A DNA stretch of 64,000 nucleotides, taken from assembly GCA_963775425.1 (NCBI GenBank), contig CAVZJB010000003.1, positions 128,001-192,000 on the forward strand, given 5' to 3'. The notes under the pieces were generated by a model that saw only the letters and a program-made list of their open reading frames with translations, had not been told where the DNA came from and made no database searches. Source of the stretch: an uncultured delta proteobacterium (GTDB lineage: Bacteria > Myxococcota > UBA727 > VGSZ01). Shown here piece by piece: positions 8,482 through 18,430 of this stretch (position 1 is the stretch's first letter; each line of letters starts with the position of its first letter). The translations under genes and the position numbers were made by a program.

Positions 8482-10796
8482 TTGCCCCGCAGGCGGTCGA
8501 GGAAGCCCTTCTTCTGGTGCGCCTTCAACTCCTTCTTCAGCGCGTCGGACTCGCTGCCCGCGTGAAGCCGCACCGGGCCCTTCTTCCCCTCGGAGAGCTT
8601 GAAGACCTTCCCGAGGTTCGAGCGATACGCGAGGTTGTCGGGCGCGAGCTCCGTGGCCTTCATCAGCGCGGCGGTGGCGGCGCCGTAGTCCTTCTTGCGC
8701 AGCGCGAGCAGGATGCCGAGCCGGTTGTGCAGCTCGGGCTCCACGGGCTTGAGCGCGATGACCTTCTTGTAGACGGCGATGGCATCGTCAAAGCGGCCCT
8801 GGTCCTCGAGGCGCTGCGCGTCGGCGACGAGCTTTTGGTCCTCGGACTCGCTCCGGGCGATGGACTCGGCCTTGGCCCAGTTGTCGATGAGGTCGCGGGC
8901 CTGCTCGTTGTTCGGGTCGAGGTCGGCGGCCATCTTCACGAACGCCAGCGCCCGGGCCTTCTTGCCCGCGCGCAGATCGGTGAGCGCGAGCTCGAGCATC
9001 TGCTGCGCTTTGGTCTGCGCGACCGGGTCCACGGGGTGAAGCGCGTTGCCCGGGACCGGCGGCCCCTTGGCCGCGGGGATCACGACGGCGGCGGCGCGCG
9101 ACGGCGCCGTCATCCCCGGCGTCGACTGCCACGGCATGGGCACGCCGGGCGCGGCCGGGGCGGGGCGCGTCGGGGCCGGACGGGCGGCGACCGCGGCCTT
9201 GGAGGCCGTGGCGACGGTGGCGGGCTTCACGTCGAGGGCGGGCCGTACGCCGCCGCCGGGGAACGCTTTGTCCCCGGTGGCGCCGCCCGCGAACGGGGGG
9301 GGCTCCGGCGCCGCCGCGGGCACCGGCAGCGGCTGGAGCGCGTCGAGCGGCAAGTCGAGCGGCTGGAGCGCGTCGGCCGGCAGCTCCATGGGGATGAGCG
9401 CGTCGGCGGGCAGCTCCTCGGGCGCGGCCGCCATGGGCTCCATGGGCGGGTCGAGGTCGATGCCGGCGCCGAGGGGTGCGTGCTGCGCGGTGCTGGCGGC
9501 GGGCGGCGGAAGCGTGACCTCGCCGGTCTCGTCGAGGTCGCCCTCTTCGAGGAGCGAGAGCGCGTCCGGCTTGATGTGGCCCTTGACGACGATGAGCTTG
9601 CGATCGGCGAGCATGCTGACGGCGATCTTGAGCTCGCCCCTTTGCAGGCCCGCCTTGTTGCCGATGCGCGCGACGGGGCGCTCTCCGTCGACGAGCGCCA
9701 CCACCTTCTGCTCGACGTCGGAGAGCGCGAGCGCGGAAGGATCGACGCCGTCGGTGAGGGCGAGCACCGCGTTCGGCTCCAGCATCTCCTGGAGGCTCTC
9801 CGCGATGTACACCGGCGCCGGCTCGAGCACGCGTTGGACGCCGTCCGGCAAGGCGAAGCTCGACGTGGCGTTGGATAATATGGACTCGAAGTCGCCGCCG
9901 ACGTCGCCGAGGATGAGCGCCTCGCCGCCGTAGGCGCTGCCCTCGCTCGAGGCGTGCTCGCCGCTCGCGTCGTCGAAGATCAACAGCTCGCCGTCGCTGT
10001 CGTCGTCGTCGTCGATGGGGATCTCGTCCTCGGCCGCGTCGTCGCGGAAGTCGACGTCGGCGGTGCCGTCGGTGGCGCTCCGGCTCGGCGCCTCGGGCGT
10101 GCTCGCGAGGGCGCGCCCGATGGCGGCCGCCTCGTCGGCGTCGATGACGAGCCGCTCGGTGGGCGGCATCTCCTCGTCGGACTCGCCGCCCAGGCCGGCG
10201 TCTGCGGTGACGGGCTCGGGCGCGCCGCCGAGCTGAACGCGCGGCGGCCCGACGCTCGGATCCGTCAAGGGCCGCTCGGGCAGGGGGGCGCTCAGCGCGG
10301 ACGTGTTCTCGAAGAACGCCCCCTCGCCGCCAAAGACGTCGTCGGGGTCCGTCTTCTGCACCCGAGCGAAGCCGGTAGGCGGCGCGTCGTCGTCGAACGC
10401 GGCCGCGTCGTCGCCGTCGAGGAGCTCGACGCCCGTGATGGCGAGGCCGGCCTCCGTCTGGCCGTCGTCCTCGAAGTCGGCGAGCTGGACCGGCGCGCCT
10501 TCGTCGCCGCCCGAGGCGGTCTGCGCCGTTCTGCCCTCGGGATCCGGCTGCGTGGCCATGGTGCGTGGCGCGGCGGCGAAGCCGGGGGAGGTGGGGGGGA
10601 GGCTCTCGGCGGCCGCGGCCCTCCCGCGGGGCGTGAGCGCCGCGGTCTTTTCACCGAACGGATCGTCGTCGTCGCCGAGGACCTTGTGCTCCCCCGTGTA
10701 GTCCTCGAGGAAGCTCATATCGACGACGAAGTCGCAGGCCGGGCAAATCACGGCGCCGGGGGCCACCAGGGCGCCGCACTTGGGACAAGCCGACAT
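8478..10796 (-). CDS. Zinc-ribbon / acidic low-complexity / TPR protein
   Basis: N-terminal CPKC..CPAC, long D/E/P-rich region, C-terminal TPR-like helices. Its stop overlaps the hutI start (GTGA). Confidence 0.7.
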   Translation of the reverse strand: MSACPKCGALVAPGAVICPACDFVVDMSFLEDYTGEHKVLGDDDDPFGEKTAALTPRGRAAAAESLPPTSPGFAAAPRTMATQPDPEGRTAQTASGGDEGAPVQLADFEDDGQTEAGLAITGVELLDGDDAAAFDDDAPPTGFARVQKTDPDDVFGGEGAFFENTSALSAPLPERPLTDPSVGPPRVQLGGAPEPVTADAGLGGESDEEMPPTERLVIDADEAAAIGRALASTPEAPSRSATDGTADVDFRDDAAEDEIPIDDDDDSDGELLIFDDASGEHASSEGSAYGGEALILGDVGGDFESILSNATSSFALPDGVQRVLEPAPVYIAESLQEMLEPNAVLALTDGVDPSALALSDVEQKVVALVDGERPVARIGNKAGLQRGELKIAVSMLADRKLIVVKGHIKPDALSLLEEGDLDETGEVTLPPPAASTAQHAPLGAGIDLDPPMEPMAAAPEELPADALIPMELPADALQPLDLPLDALQPLPVPAAAPEPPPFAGGATGDKAFPGGGVRPALDVKPATVATASKAAVAARPAPTRPAPAAPGVPMPWQSTPGMTAPSRAAAVVIPAAKGPPVPGNALHPVDPVAQTKAQQMLELALTDLRAGKKARALAFVKMAADLDPNNEQARDLIDNWAKAESIARSESEDQKLVADAQRLEDQGRFDDAIAVYKKVIALKPVEPELHNRLGILLALRKKDYGAATAALMKATELAPDNLAYRSNLGKVFKLSEGKKGPVRLHAGSESDALKKELKAHQKKGFLDRLRGK

Positions 10797-10816
10797 CTCC
10801 CTCGACGCTAACCCGG

Positions 10817-10917
10817 GCCGTCATTGTTCGCGCGCCGTCATTGTTCGCGCGCCGTCATTGTTCGCGCGCCTGGCGGCGCTCACGGCGCCTGGCGGCGCTC
10901 ACGGCGCCTGGCGGCGC
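10817..10917. repeat. Compound tandem repeat: 17-bp GCCGTCATTGTTCGCGC x3, then 19-bp GCCTGGCGGCGCTCACGGC x2.6
   Basis: Exact copies with no spacers, 20 bp upstream of the TPR gene start. Confidence 0.9.
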
Positions 10918-11081
10918 GGCGCGCTCCGCGCGCGGGCGGCGTCGGCCTCCGGAGTCGCGCGGCGGCGCTCCTGGCGGGCCGCGGCGCACGTCAGGGCGCG
11001 ACGCCGCGTGGCCTCCGCCGCGTTCGATTCGGGGTTTTTGATTCGGGGGCTTGACGTCGGTGCAGCGGCGAACGTTGGGCG

Positions 11082-12761
11082 TCAAATGGTGAGGCCGGGG
11101 ATCTTGATGGCGCGATCGCGGGCGCAGGCGGTGGCCTCGGCGTAGCCGGCGTCGGCGTGGCGCAGGACGCCCATGGCGGGATCGCTCGTGAGGACGCGCT
11201 CCAGGCGCTTCGCCGCGCCGTCGGTGCCGTCGGCGACGATCACCTGGCCCGCGTGCAACGAGTAGCCCATGCCGACGCCGCCGCCGTGGTGGAAGCTCAC
11301 CCACGACGCGCCGTTCACCGCGTTCACCAGCGCGTTCAGGATCGGCCAGTCGGCCACCGCGTCGGTGCCGTCCTTCATGGCCTCCGTCTCGCGGTTGGGG
11401 GACGCCACCGAGCCGCAGTCGAGGTGGTCCCGGCCGATGACGATGGGCGCCTTGACCTTGCCCGTGCGCACGAGCTCGTTGAAGGCGAGCCCGGCCCGCA
11501 CGCGCTCGCCGTAGCCGAGCCAGCAGATGCGCGCCGGCAAGCCCTGGAACGCAACTCTGTCCCGCGCCATGTCGAGCCATCGCAGGAGGCTCTTTTTGTG
11601 CGGGAACAGGGAGCGGACGGCGTCGTCGGTGGCGGCGATGTCGGCGGGATCGCCGGACAGCGCCACCCAGCGAAACGGACCCATGCCCTCGCAGAAGAGC
11701 GGCCGGATGTAGGCGGGGACGAAGCCCGGATAATCGAACGCGCGGGCGCAGCCGCCCTCCTTGGCCTCCGCGCGCAGGTTGTTGCCGTAGTCGAACACGG
11801 GCACGCCGTCGTCGAGGAACGCGAGCATCGCCTCCACGTGCCGCGCCATCGACGCGCGGGCCCGGCCGAGGGTCCCCTGGGGATCGCGCGTGCGCAGCCC
11901 GGCGGCGTCGTCGACGGAGACGTCGAGCGGCAGGTAGCCGTAGAGCGGGTCGTGCGCCGAGGTCTGATCGGTGACGAGGTCGGGGCGGAAGCCGCGCCGC
12001 CGCAGCTCGGGGTGCGTGCTCGCGGCGTTGCCCACGACGCCGACGGAGAGGGCGCGGCGCTCCTTGCGCGCGTCCTCGACGAGGCGCACCGCTTCGTCGA
12101 GGTCGCCGGCGATGACGTCGAGGTAGCGCGTGTCCACGCGCCGCTGCAGCCGCGTCTTGTCGACGTCGACGATCAGGCACACGCCACCGCACATGGTGAC
12201 CGCGAGCGGCTGCGCGCCCCCCATGCCGCCGCAGCCGGCGGTGAGCACGATCTTTCCGGCGAGCGAGCCGTCGGTGCCGAAGTGGTTGCGCGCGGCCTGC
12301 GCGAACGTCTCGTAGGTGCCCTGCAGGATCCCCTGCGTGCCGATGTAGATCCACGAGCCCGCGGTCATCTGCCCGTACATCATGAGGCCCTGCTTCTCGA
12401 GGGCGTCGAAGTGCTCCCACGTGGCCCAGCGGGGGACCAGGTTCGAGTTCGCGAGCAGCACGCGCGGCGCGTCCTCGTGAGTCTTGAGGATGCCCACGGG
12501 CTTCCCCGATTGAACGAGCAGCGTCTCGTCCGACTCGAGCGAGCGCAGGGACGACACGATGGCGTCGAACGCGTCCCACGAGCGGGCGGCGCGGCCGCGG
12601 CCGCCGTAGACGACGAGGTCGTCGGGGCGCTCGGCCACCTCGGGGTCGAGGTTGTTCATCAACATGCGCATGGCGGCTTCCTGCACCCAGCCTTTGCAGG
12701 TGAGCGTGGTGCCGCGCGGCGCGCGAACCGGACGGGGTCCGGCGGGGGACGTCTCGGCCAT
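11082..12761 (-). CDS. hutU: Urocanate hydratase
   Basis: [44 protein letters not shown] motifs. Confidence 0.98.
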   Translation of the reverse strand: MAETSPAGPRPVRAPRGTTLTCKGWVQEAAMRMLMNNLDPEVAERPDDLVVYGGRGRAARSWDAFDAIVSSLRSLESDETLLVQSGKPVGILKTHEDAPRVLLANSNLVPRWATWEHFDALEKQGLMMYGQMTAGSWIYIGTQGILQGTYETFAQAARNHFGTDGSLAGKIVLTAGCGGMGGAQPLAVTMCGGVCLIVDVDKTRLQRRVDTRYLDVIAGDLDEAVRLVEDARKERRALSVGVVGNAASTHPELRRRGFRPDLVTDQTSAHDPLYGYLPLDVSVDDAAGLRTRDPQGTLGRARASMARHVEAMLAFLDDGVPVFDYGNNLRAEAKEGGCARAFDYPGFVPAYIRPLFCEGMGPFRWVALSGDPADIAATDDAVRSLFPHKKSLLRWLDMARDRVAFQGLPARICWLGYGERVRAGLAFNELVRTGKVKAPIVIGRDHLDCGSVASPNRETEAMKDGTDAVADWPILNALVNAVNGASWVSFHHGGGVGMGYSLHAGQVIVADGTDGAAKRLERVLTSDPAMGVLRHADAGYAEATACARDRAIKIPGLTI

Positions 12762-12785
12762 GGCGCGGTGTGCGCCGGCCGGCCC

Positions 12786-12830
12786 CCGTCGTCAAGGGTC
12801 CGTCGTCAACGGTCCGTCATCGAGGGTCCG
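12786..12830. repeat. 14-bp tandem repeat CCGTCGTCAAGGGT x3 (degenerate)
   Basis: CCGTCGTCAAGGGT / CCGTCGTCAACGGT / CCGTCATCGAGGGT directly upstream of hutU. Confidence 0.75.
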
Positions 12831-13485
12831 CGGTGACCTCGAGCCCGGCGCCGAGACCGGCGACCACGTCCACGAGCGCGACGAGGAACAGCGACGAGCC
12901 CAGGATCTGCATCGTCTCCTCGACGCCGTTCACCATGTGATAGACGAGGTTCATCTCGCCGTGGCCGGTGGCCCAGATGCCGAGGATCGGCTCCACGCCG
13001 AGGGCGCCGCCGACGTAGATGGCCCCCGCGACGATGGTGCGCCCGCGCAACGGCCGCGGCATCGCAAGCACGAACGGCAGGAAGCGCGCCGCGAGGATGA
13101 GCACCACCACGGTGGCGGGGATGACCCAGGCGTAAAAGAGCGCGCCCGTGAACTTGCCGTAGCCGTTGAACAGCTCGTGGAGGCACGCGACCTCGTCGAC
13201 GGACATGACGAGGAAGATGACCGACAATAGCGTCCACTCGCGGCGCCAGCGGCCTGCGCGGGCGCGCTCGACGGCGGCGATGAAGGCGAGACTGGCCGCG
13301 CAGCCGAGGAGGAGGAACGACTTGTACCAGGTGGGGACGTTGGTCTCGTAGCTCAGGCTGAAGCGGCTCGTGACGAGCATCGGACCGTACGTGAAGTGCA
13401 GGAGCTCGACGGCGAAGCCGGTCGCGCACACGGCGGCGCCGCAGACGAGCAGCACCCGTCGCACCAGCCCCGGTCGCAAGCGCAT
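12817..13485 (-). CDS. Multi-pass membrane protein (E.NVPTW, S.DE...HE, EE motifs)
   Basis: About 6 hydrophobic segments with charged intramembrane motifs. Confidence 0.7.
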   Translation of the reverse strand: MRLRPGLVRRVLLVCGAAVCATGFAVELLHFTYGPMLVTSRFSLSYETNVPTWYKSFLLLGCAASLAFIAAVERARAGRWRREWTLLSVIFLVMSVDEVACLHELFNGYGKFTGALFYAWVIPATVVVLILAARFLPFVLAMPRPLRGRTIVAGAIYVGGALGVEPILGIWATGHGEMNLVYHMVNGVEETMQILGSSLFLVALVDVVAGLGAGLEVTADPR

Positions 13486-13486
13486 C

Positions 13487-14101
13487 TCAGTGGCCCTTCA
13501 GGATCCTGGCCGCGCGCAGCAGCAGGATGAGGAGCACGCCCGCCATGATCGGCGCCGTGGCGCGGTGCGACTCGGTGACGACGGAGCGGAGCTGTTCGGG
13601 CACGGCCCAGATGGCCAACAACGCGCCGCGATAGATGGCGTAGAACACCCCGAACTGGCGCGTGTGCTTGGCCAACAGCGCGTCCGCCGGCTCGAAGACG
13701 AGCGCGAGGGCGCCGCACAGGCTCAGCGCGAAGAAGATGTCCGGCAGGGCGAGCGCGATGGCGACCTGCCACGTCTGCGCCGCCGGCGCGTGCACGACGA
13801 GGACGATGGACGCGACGGCGGCCACGAAGCGGAAGCCGGCGAACGCGATCAGCGACGGGCCGGCCGCGCCCGCCTCCCGCAGCGCGGCGTAGCGGGCGAG
13901 CAGGAGGGCGCCCGCGGTGGCGGCCGCGGCGGCGACCGCGTTCAACAGCAGCAGGTTGTACGCGAGCCAATCGCCGTCGGGCGCGTCGCGGCGGTGCAGC
14001 AGGAAGTGCGCCGCCGTCCCCGCGATGGGCGGGACCACCAGCGCGACGCCGAGGGTGACGGCGCCGATCTGCGGGGCCCGATTCCCTCCCGGAGCTACCA
14101 C
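13487..14101 (-). CDS. Hypothetical multi-pass membrane protein
   Basis: Hydrophobic C-terminal ~200 aa of ORF 13487..14584. Start uncertain (GTG overlapping the end of the pilX-like gene). Confidence 0.55.
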   Translation of the reverse strand: MVAPGGNRAPQIGAVTLGVALVVPPIAGTAAHFLLHRRDAPDGDWLAYNLLLLNAVAAAAATAGALLLARYAALREAGAAGPSLIAFAGFRFVAAVASIVLVVHAPAAQTWQVAIALALPDIFFALSLCGALALVFEPADALLAKHTRQFGVFYAIYRGALLAIWAVPEQLRSVVTESHRATAPIMAGVLLILLLRAARILKGH

Positions 14102-16536
14102 TGCGATTCCATGAACGACGACAGCGCGGAGCTGCCGAAGGAGCCACCGGCGCCGCCGCCGTCCCAGAGGATGCGCGCGGAGTTCTTGAACGTCACGTCG
14201 CCGTCCGCGTAGACGCGGCCGATGAGCTTGAACGAGTTCTTGGCCGTGACCTTGCCCTCGACCCACAGGTTGGCGCGCATGGTGACGCTGTTGGAGGCGT
14301 CGACGTCGCCGACGACACAGATGTCGTCGAGGAACTGGGCGCCGGTGCTCGCGCCGCTGACGTTGAGGTTCCCGCCCACGACATAGCGGCCGGACACGCA
14401 GGGCCGCCCGCTCAAGGTCGAGTTGCCGCCGACCCAGGTGACGCCGACGATGGAACCGGAGATGTCGAGGTTCATCGACCCGTCCGCCTTGATGGCGAAG
14501 CCCGGGATGGCCGGGCGGGCGGAGGGAGCGCCGGCGGCGGGGTAGAACACCCAGGGTTTGGTCTCCGGCACGACGTGGTCGCACTGGGGCGAGCTCGGAT
14601 CGATGTTGACGGCGCCGACCCCCGTACAGTCACACTCGGCGCAGCACAGGCCGAAGCTCGTCGTCCCCGTGGGGCCGATGTCGGGACTCCCCGACACGAG
14701 GAAGGTGGCAAACAGGGGCAGCGGTGGGGACGCTCCTGCGCCGAGGTTCGTCAGCGTGGGGCTGCCGTCGATGACGGCGATGAACGGTACGGGCATCGTG
14801 TTGTTGTTGACCGTGTGGAATCGCCACGCTCCGCCGACGCCCGGCGCGTCGATGGAAGCGTGGGTTCCGTCGCAATTCGAGCAGCTCGCGATGGTTGTGT
14901 CGCTGGCCGGCGCGCCACACAGGTTGGAGGCGCCGGCGGCGCTGAACTCGTTCTTGCTGCTGCCGGCGAAGGGCAGGAGGGTCGAGCTTTTGAGCACGAG
15001 CTCCTCCGACCCGCTGAACGTCGTCGGTTCCGGGGCGCTCGGGTCGAGATTCTGGGCCGGGGTTCCGTCGAGGCGGGCGAGGAGCTTCCAGCAGGCCGTC
15101 TGGTTCGCGCCGCAGCTCACCGTCTTTGGCGGGATGAGCCCCGCCAGCGCGGCGGTCGTGTTCCAGGCGCACGGCTTGTCGACAGGGTCCTGGGTGTAGT
15201 TGGTGCAGCTCTCGCCCACGGGCGTGTCGGAGTCTACGAGCGCCAGGCCGTGCGCCGCCAGGCTCGCGAACGTGTTGGTGTCGCCGGAGTCGAAGTAATA
15301 GATGGAGTTGGCGGCGTCGATGTCGAAGTAGAATTCACAGATGGGCGGCGGCGTAGCGGTGCTGGTCAGCGCTGCTGAGCCCACGTTCGTGGAGAGGTTG
15401 TTCGCACCGGGCGCGCCCAACACCGGGGTGTTGGCGTACGGGTCTCCGAAGCCGTTGGTGCCGAGGAAGTTGTTGCCCTTGGGCTGCAGCGGCGACACCC
15501 ACGCGAGCTGCTTGGCGGCCTCGGGGTCGCTCAGGCAGCCCGCCGCGCTGCCGGCCGGCGAGCACTTGTCGAAGTTGCCGTCGATGTCGATGGGCGGCGC
15601 CGGCTGCGCGCCCGAGCTGGCGGAGCCCGGGTTGCAGGACGCCACCGGCGATGGGCAGGGGCACGCAGAGCCGATGGGTGGGTTCGCCGGGTTCACCGTG
15701 TTGATGGGGCCGCACATGCACGAGGTGCCCTTGATGCTGCCGTCGACGTCGTTGGCGGTGATGCCTCCGGCGCCGCACAGGAGCGCGTTGTTCTTGAACG
15801 TCACGGTGCCCGGCGTGGCGATGCCGGTCGGGAAGGAGCTCGGGGTGGCGGCCTGGAAGAGCTTGCGCAGCGTGACGTGCGCGTGCGCGTTCGCGTACGC
15901 CGTGTCCGCCACCGCCTGCACCGTGGCGGCGCTGGCGTCGACGGGATACAGGCCGATGGCCGTGAGGTAGATGGCCTTGTCGCGATCGCAGTACGCGATG
16001 TCGACGCCCGTGCCCTCGGCGCCGGGTCCGCCGCAGTTGTGGCTGCTGCCGTCGTCCGACACGGCGGCGGCTGGGAAGTCGTCGTCGCTGTTGTCCTCGT
16101 AGCGGACCAGGCAGGCGCCGCCGTCGCGCACGAGGAGCTTCCAGGACTGTCCGCTGCCGGCCGGGATCTGCACGGTCTTGCCGGCGATCTGGGGAACGTA
16201 CTCGTCACCGTCCTCGAGGGCGGAGTCGTTGGGGTTGAGCAGCTTGTCGAAGTCCGGCTCGGCGTAGGGGGGGGCGAACTTGTTGGGCGTGCTCCCGCAC
16301 GGCGTGCCGAGGTCGGTCTTGTCGAGGAAGCACTCGGCGTTGCGCTGCAATTCGGTCAGGCAGCCCTCCGCGAGCGCGCGCGCCTCGACGTCCTGCTGGT
16401 GGCGCACGCCCGACACGGACTCGTTGCCGACGACGGCGAGCTGGCCGATGGCGATCACCGAGATGACGGCGAGCACCAGCAGGACGATCAGGACGACGAA
16501 GCCACGCGGGCTGGAGGACTGTGCGCGGGAGGACAT
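14095..16536 (-). CDS. Large PilX/GspK-like minor pilin with Cys-rich body and beta-helix-like C-terminus
   Basis: PRG|FVVLIVLLVL lacks Glu5 (PilX-type); A..LAEGC motif; GAGGAG RBS. Confidence 0.7.
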   Translation of the reverse strand: MSSRAQSSSPRGFVVLIVLLVLAVISVIAIGQLAVVGNESVSGVRHQQDVEARALAEGCLTELQRNAECFLDKTDLGTPCGSTPNKFAPPYAEPDFDKLLNPNDSALEDGDEYVPQIAGKTVQIPAGSGQSWKLLVRDGGACLVRYEDNSDDDFPAAAVSDDGSSHNCGGPGAEGTGVDIAYCDRDKAIYLTAIGLYPVDASAATVQAVADTAYANAHAHVTLRKLFQAATPSSFPTGIATPGTVTFKNNALLCGAGGITANDVDGSIKGTSCMCGPINTVNPANPPIGSACPCPSPVASCNPGSASSGAQPAPPIDIDGNFDKCSPAGSAAGCLSDPEAAKQLAWVSPLQPKGNNFLGTNGFGDPYANTPVLGAPGANNLSTNVGSAALTSTATPPPICEFYFDIDAANSIYYFDSGDTNTFASLAAHGLALVDSDTPVGESCTNYTQDPVDKPCAWNTTAALAGLIPPKTVSCGANQTACWKLLARLDGTPAQNLDPSAPEPTTFSGSEELVLKSSTLLPFAGSSKNEFSAAGASNLCGAPASDTTIASCSNCDGTHASIDAPGVGGAWRFHTVNNNTMPVPFIAVIDGSPTLTNLGAGASPPLPLFATFLVSGSPDIGPTGTTSFGLCCAECDCTGVGAVNIDPSSPQCDHVVPETKPWVFYPAAGAPSARPAIPGFAIKADGSMNLDISGSIVGVTWVGGNSTLSGRPCVSGRYVVGGNLNVSGASTGAQFLDDICVVGDVDASNSVTMRANLWVEGKVTAKNSFKLIGRVYADGDVTFKNSARILWDGGGAGGSFGSSALSSFMESQW

Positions 16537-16578
16537 GGTGACTCCTCAAAATTTGCGACCGCAGGGAGCGGCCGCGCT

Positions 16579-18021
16579 TCAAACGCCCTGCAGATTCAAC
16601 AGCCGCACCGATCCACGCACGACGTGCGTGACGATCTGTGGAACCGCCGCGCCGGTGAGCTCGGCGTGCTTCTCGAAGGTGATGACGAAGTCGATGCGGC
16701 GGACGCTGTTCTTGCCGGGGGACGCGGTGTCGAGCGTCGCGGGACCTGTAGCGGGCGTGCAGGTGGCGGGATTGGGCGTGGCCTGTCCCGTGACGGGCGT
16801 GGTGAGGCCGTTGCCCGCCCCGTCGAAGTACGTGAAGGCGACGCTCTTCACGTTGCGCGCGACGACGTCCGGGCCGACGCAGAAGTTGGGGGCGACGTCG
16901 CCGGCCGCCATGGGCGAGGCGGGTGCGGTCGGCGTCATCTGGACCGCGGCGAGGAACGCGGCCGCGCCGGCAGGCAGGGTCGCCGCGGCGCGGTTCGGCC
17001 ACCTGGGGTTGTTCGGGTCCGGATCGCCGCTGCATTGGATGCGGTTCAGCGTGTTGGTGGCGGCATCGAAGAAATAGAAGACGCGGTCGAGCGTGGTGAC
17101 CCAGCCCTGTCCGCTGATGCCGCCCGGGCCTTCGCCGCGGACCTGGTTGCGCCAGACGGTGTCGGCGCCGGCGGGGGGGCCGCCGCTCGAAAGCTCCGCG
17201 TCGAACCCGGGGTTGAGGGAGATGGCGAAGTGAGACGAGCCCGCGCCGTCGGGCGGCACGGGGCTGTTCGGGGTGGTGACGTTCAAGGGGTTCGCCAGCG
17301 CGGCCGTGGACCACCCCGCGTCTCCGGCGACGATCTGGATGCGCTCCCCGGGCAGCACGCGGCGCATGCCCCAGGGACAGGTGCGATCGTTGTTGGCGCC
17401 GCCGCTGTCGCACAGCTCCGTCGTCTCGCCCCCGAAGAACAGGCTCGTGCTCGCCGTGCTGCACCCGTTGCCCGGCGCGCATGAGCCGTTGTTCTCGTTG
17501 TGCCACATGATCTTATCGGCGGAGCTGGAGTCGTCGGCGCCGGGGAGGCCGCCCGTCGCGCGGTTGTGCAGCGGGCCGAACGCCGAGTACTGGCCGTCCA
17601 CGCGCGCGAGGTCGCCCACGATGCCGACCTGTGTGTCGTTGGCGAGGACGACGGAGGAGTAGAAGTTGGCGCCGGCCGACGCGCTGCCGGGCGCGTTGCC
17701 TGTGGCGTCGAGCCCATAGGAGAACGCGCACGGGACGGTGGTCCCGGGTCCCGGACTGCCGCAGTCGTGGCGGATGTTGAACCCGGTCTCCGCGCACGCG
17801 TCCGTGAAGGCGCGGGGGACGCCGAGGCCCGCCTGGCGCAGGTCGTTGCTCATCAACTGCGACGCGAACGCCGCGTCGCGCATCATCTCGCTGTGCGCGC
17901 GGGCCCGGCGCCCGCCGTTTTCGACGGCGTCGAGCATGGCCAGCGCGGCGCCGATGACGACGCCCATCAGCGCGATGGCGACGGCGACCTCGAGCAGGGT
18001 GAACGCGCGCGCGCGCTTCAC
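16579..18021 (-). CDS. PilW-like minor pilin
   Basis: RARA|FTLLEVAVAIALMG class III signal; NDLRQAG motif. Confidence 0.8.
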   Translation of the reverse strand: MKRARAFTLLEVAVAIALMGVVIGAALAMLDAVENGGRRARAHSEMMRDAAFASQLMSNDLRQAGLGVPRAFTDACAETGFNIRHDCGSPGPGTTVPCAFSYGLDATGNAPGSASAGANFYSSVVLANDTQVGIVGDLARVDGQYSAFGPLHNRATGGLPGADDSSSADKIMWHNENNGSCAPGNGCSTASTSLFFGGETTELCDSGGANNDRTCPWGMRRVLPGERIQIVAGDAGWSTAALANPLNVTTPNSPVPPDGAGSSHFAISLNPGFDAELSSGGPPAGADTVWRNQVRGEGPGGISGQGWVTTLDRVFYFFDAATNTLNRIQCSGDPDPNNPRWPNRAAATLPAGAAAFLAAVQMTPTAPASPMAAGDVAPNFCVGPDVVARNVKSVAFTYFDGAGNGLTTPVTGQATPNPATCTPATGPATLDTASPGKNSVRRIDFVITFEKHAELTGAAVPQIVTHVVRGSVRLLNLQGV

Positions 18022-18422
18022 TGGTACACCCGCGTGTCGGCGCTGAAGGTGCGGATGGGCTTGGCGTTGTTGTTCACCACGTACGTCACCGTGACGCTCA
18101 CGGACTTGAAGCGCATGGTCACGGCGCCGGACGTCTCGGAGGTGGGGCCGGTGACGACCACGGTGCGCGTGTAGACGCCGGTCTCTCCGGCGACCGTGGC
18201 GGGGCCGGACGCCGTGACGCCGGAGAAGCCGAGGGCCTGCTGGTGCGTGAGCTCCTCGGAGACGAGCTGCGAGGCGACGACGTCGCGCGCCGATTGCACG
18301 TTGCGCGCTCGCGCGTGGACCATGACGCTCAGCACGGTGCCCACGACGACGGCGACGAGGGCGCCGCCGACCGCGATGTCGAGCAGGAGGTAGCCGCGCG
18401 TGCGTTTGGTGTTGCGAGCCAT
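18018..18422 (-). CDS. PilV-like minor pilin
   Basis: RTRG|YLLLDIAVGG (Asp at +5), short pilin body. Confidence 0.7.
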   Translation of the reverse strand: MARNTKRTRGYLLLDIAVGGALVAVVVGTVLSVMVHARARNVQSARDVVASQLVSEELTHQQALGFSGVTASGPATVAGETGVYTRTVVVTGPTSETSGAVTMRFKSVSVTVTYVVNNNAKPIRTFSADTRVYQ

Positions 18423-18430
18423 GTCATCCC

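Noticed and set aside
10817-10917. Possible CRISPR array
   Set aside because: Units are directly adjacent with no unique spacers, are too short, and no cas genes are present.
16545-16578. Hairpin GCGGCCGC-tccct-GCGGTCGC-AAATTTT between the pilW-like and pilX-like genes
   Set aside because: Imperfect stem and interrupted U-tract in GC-rich DNA; too weak to call a terminator or attenuator.
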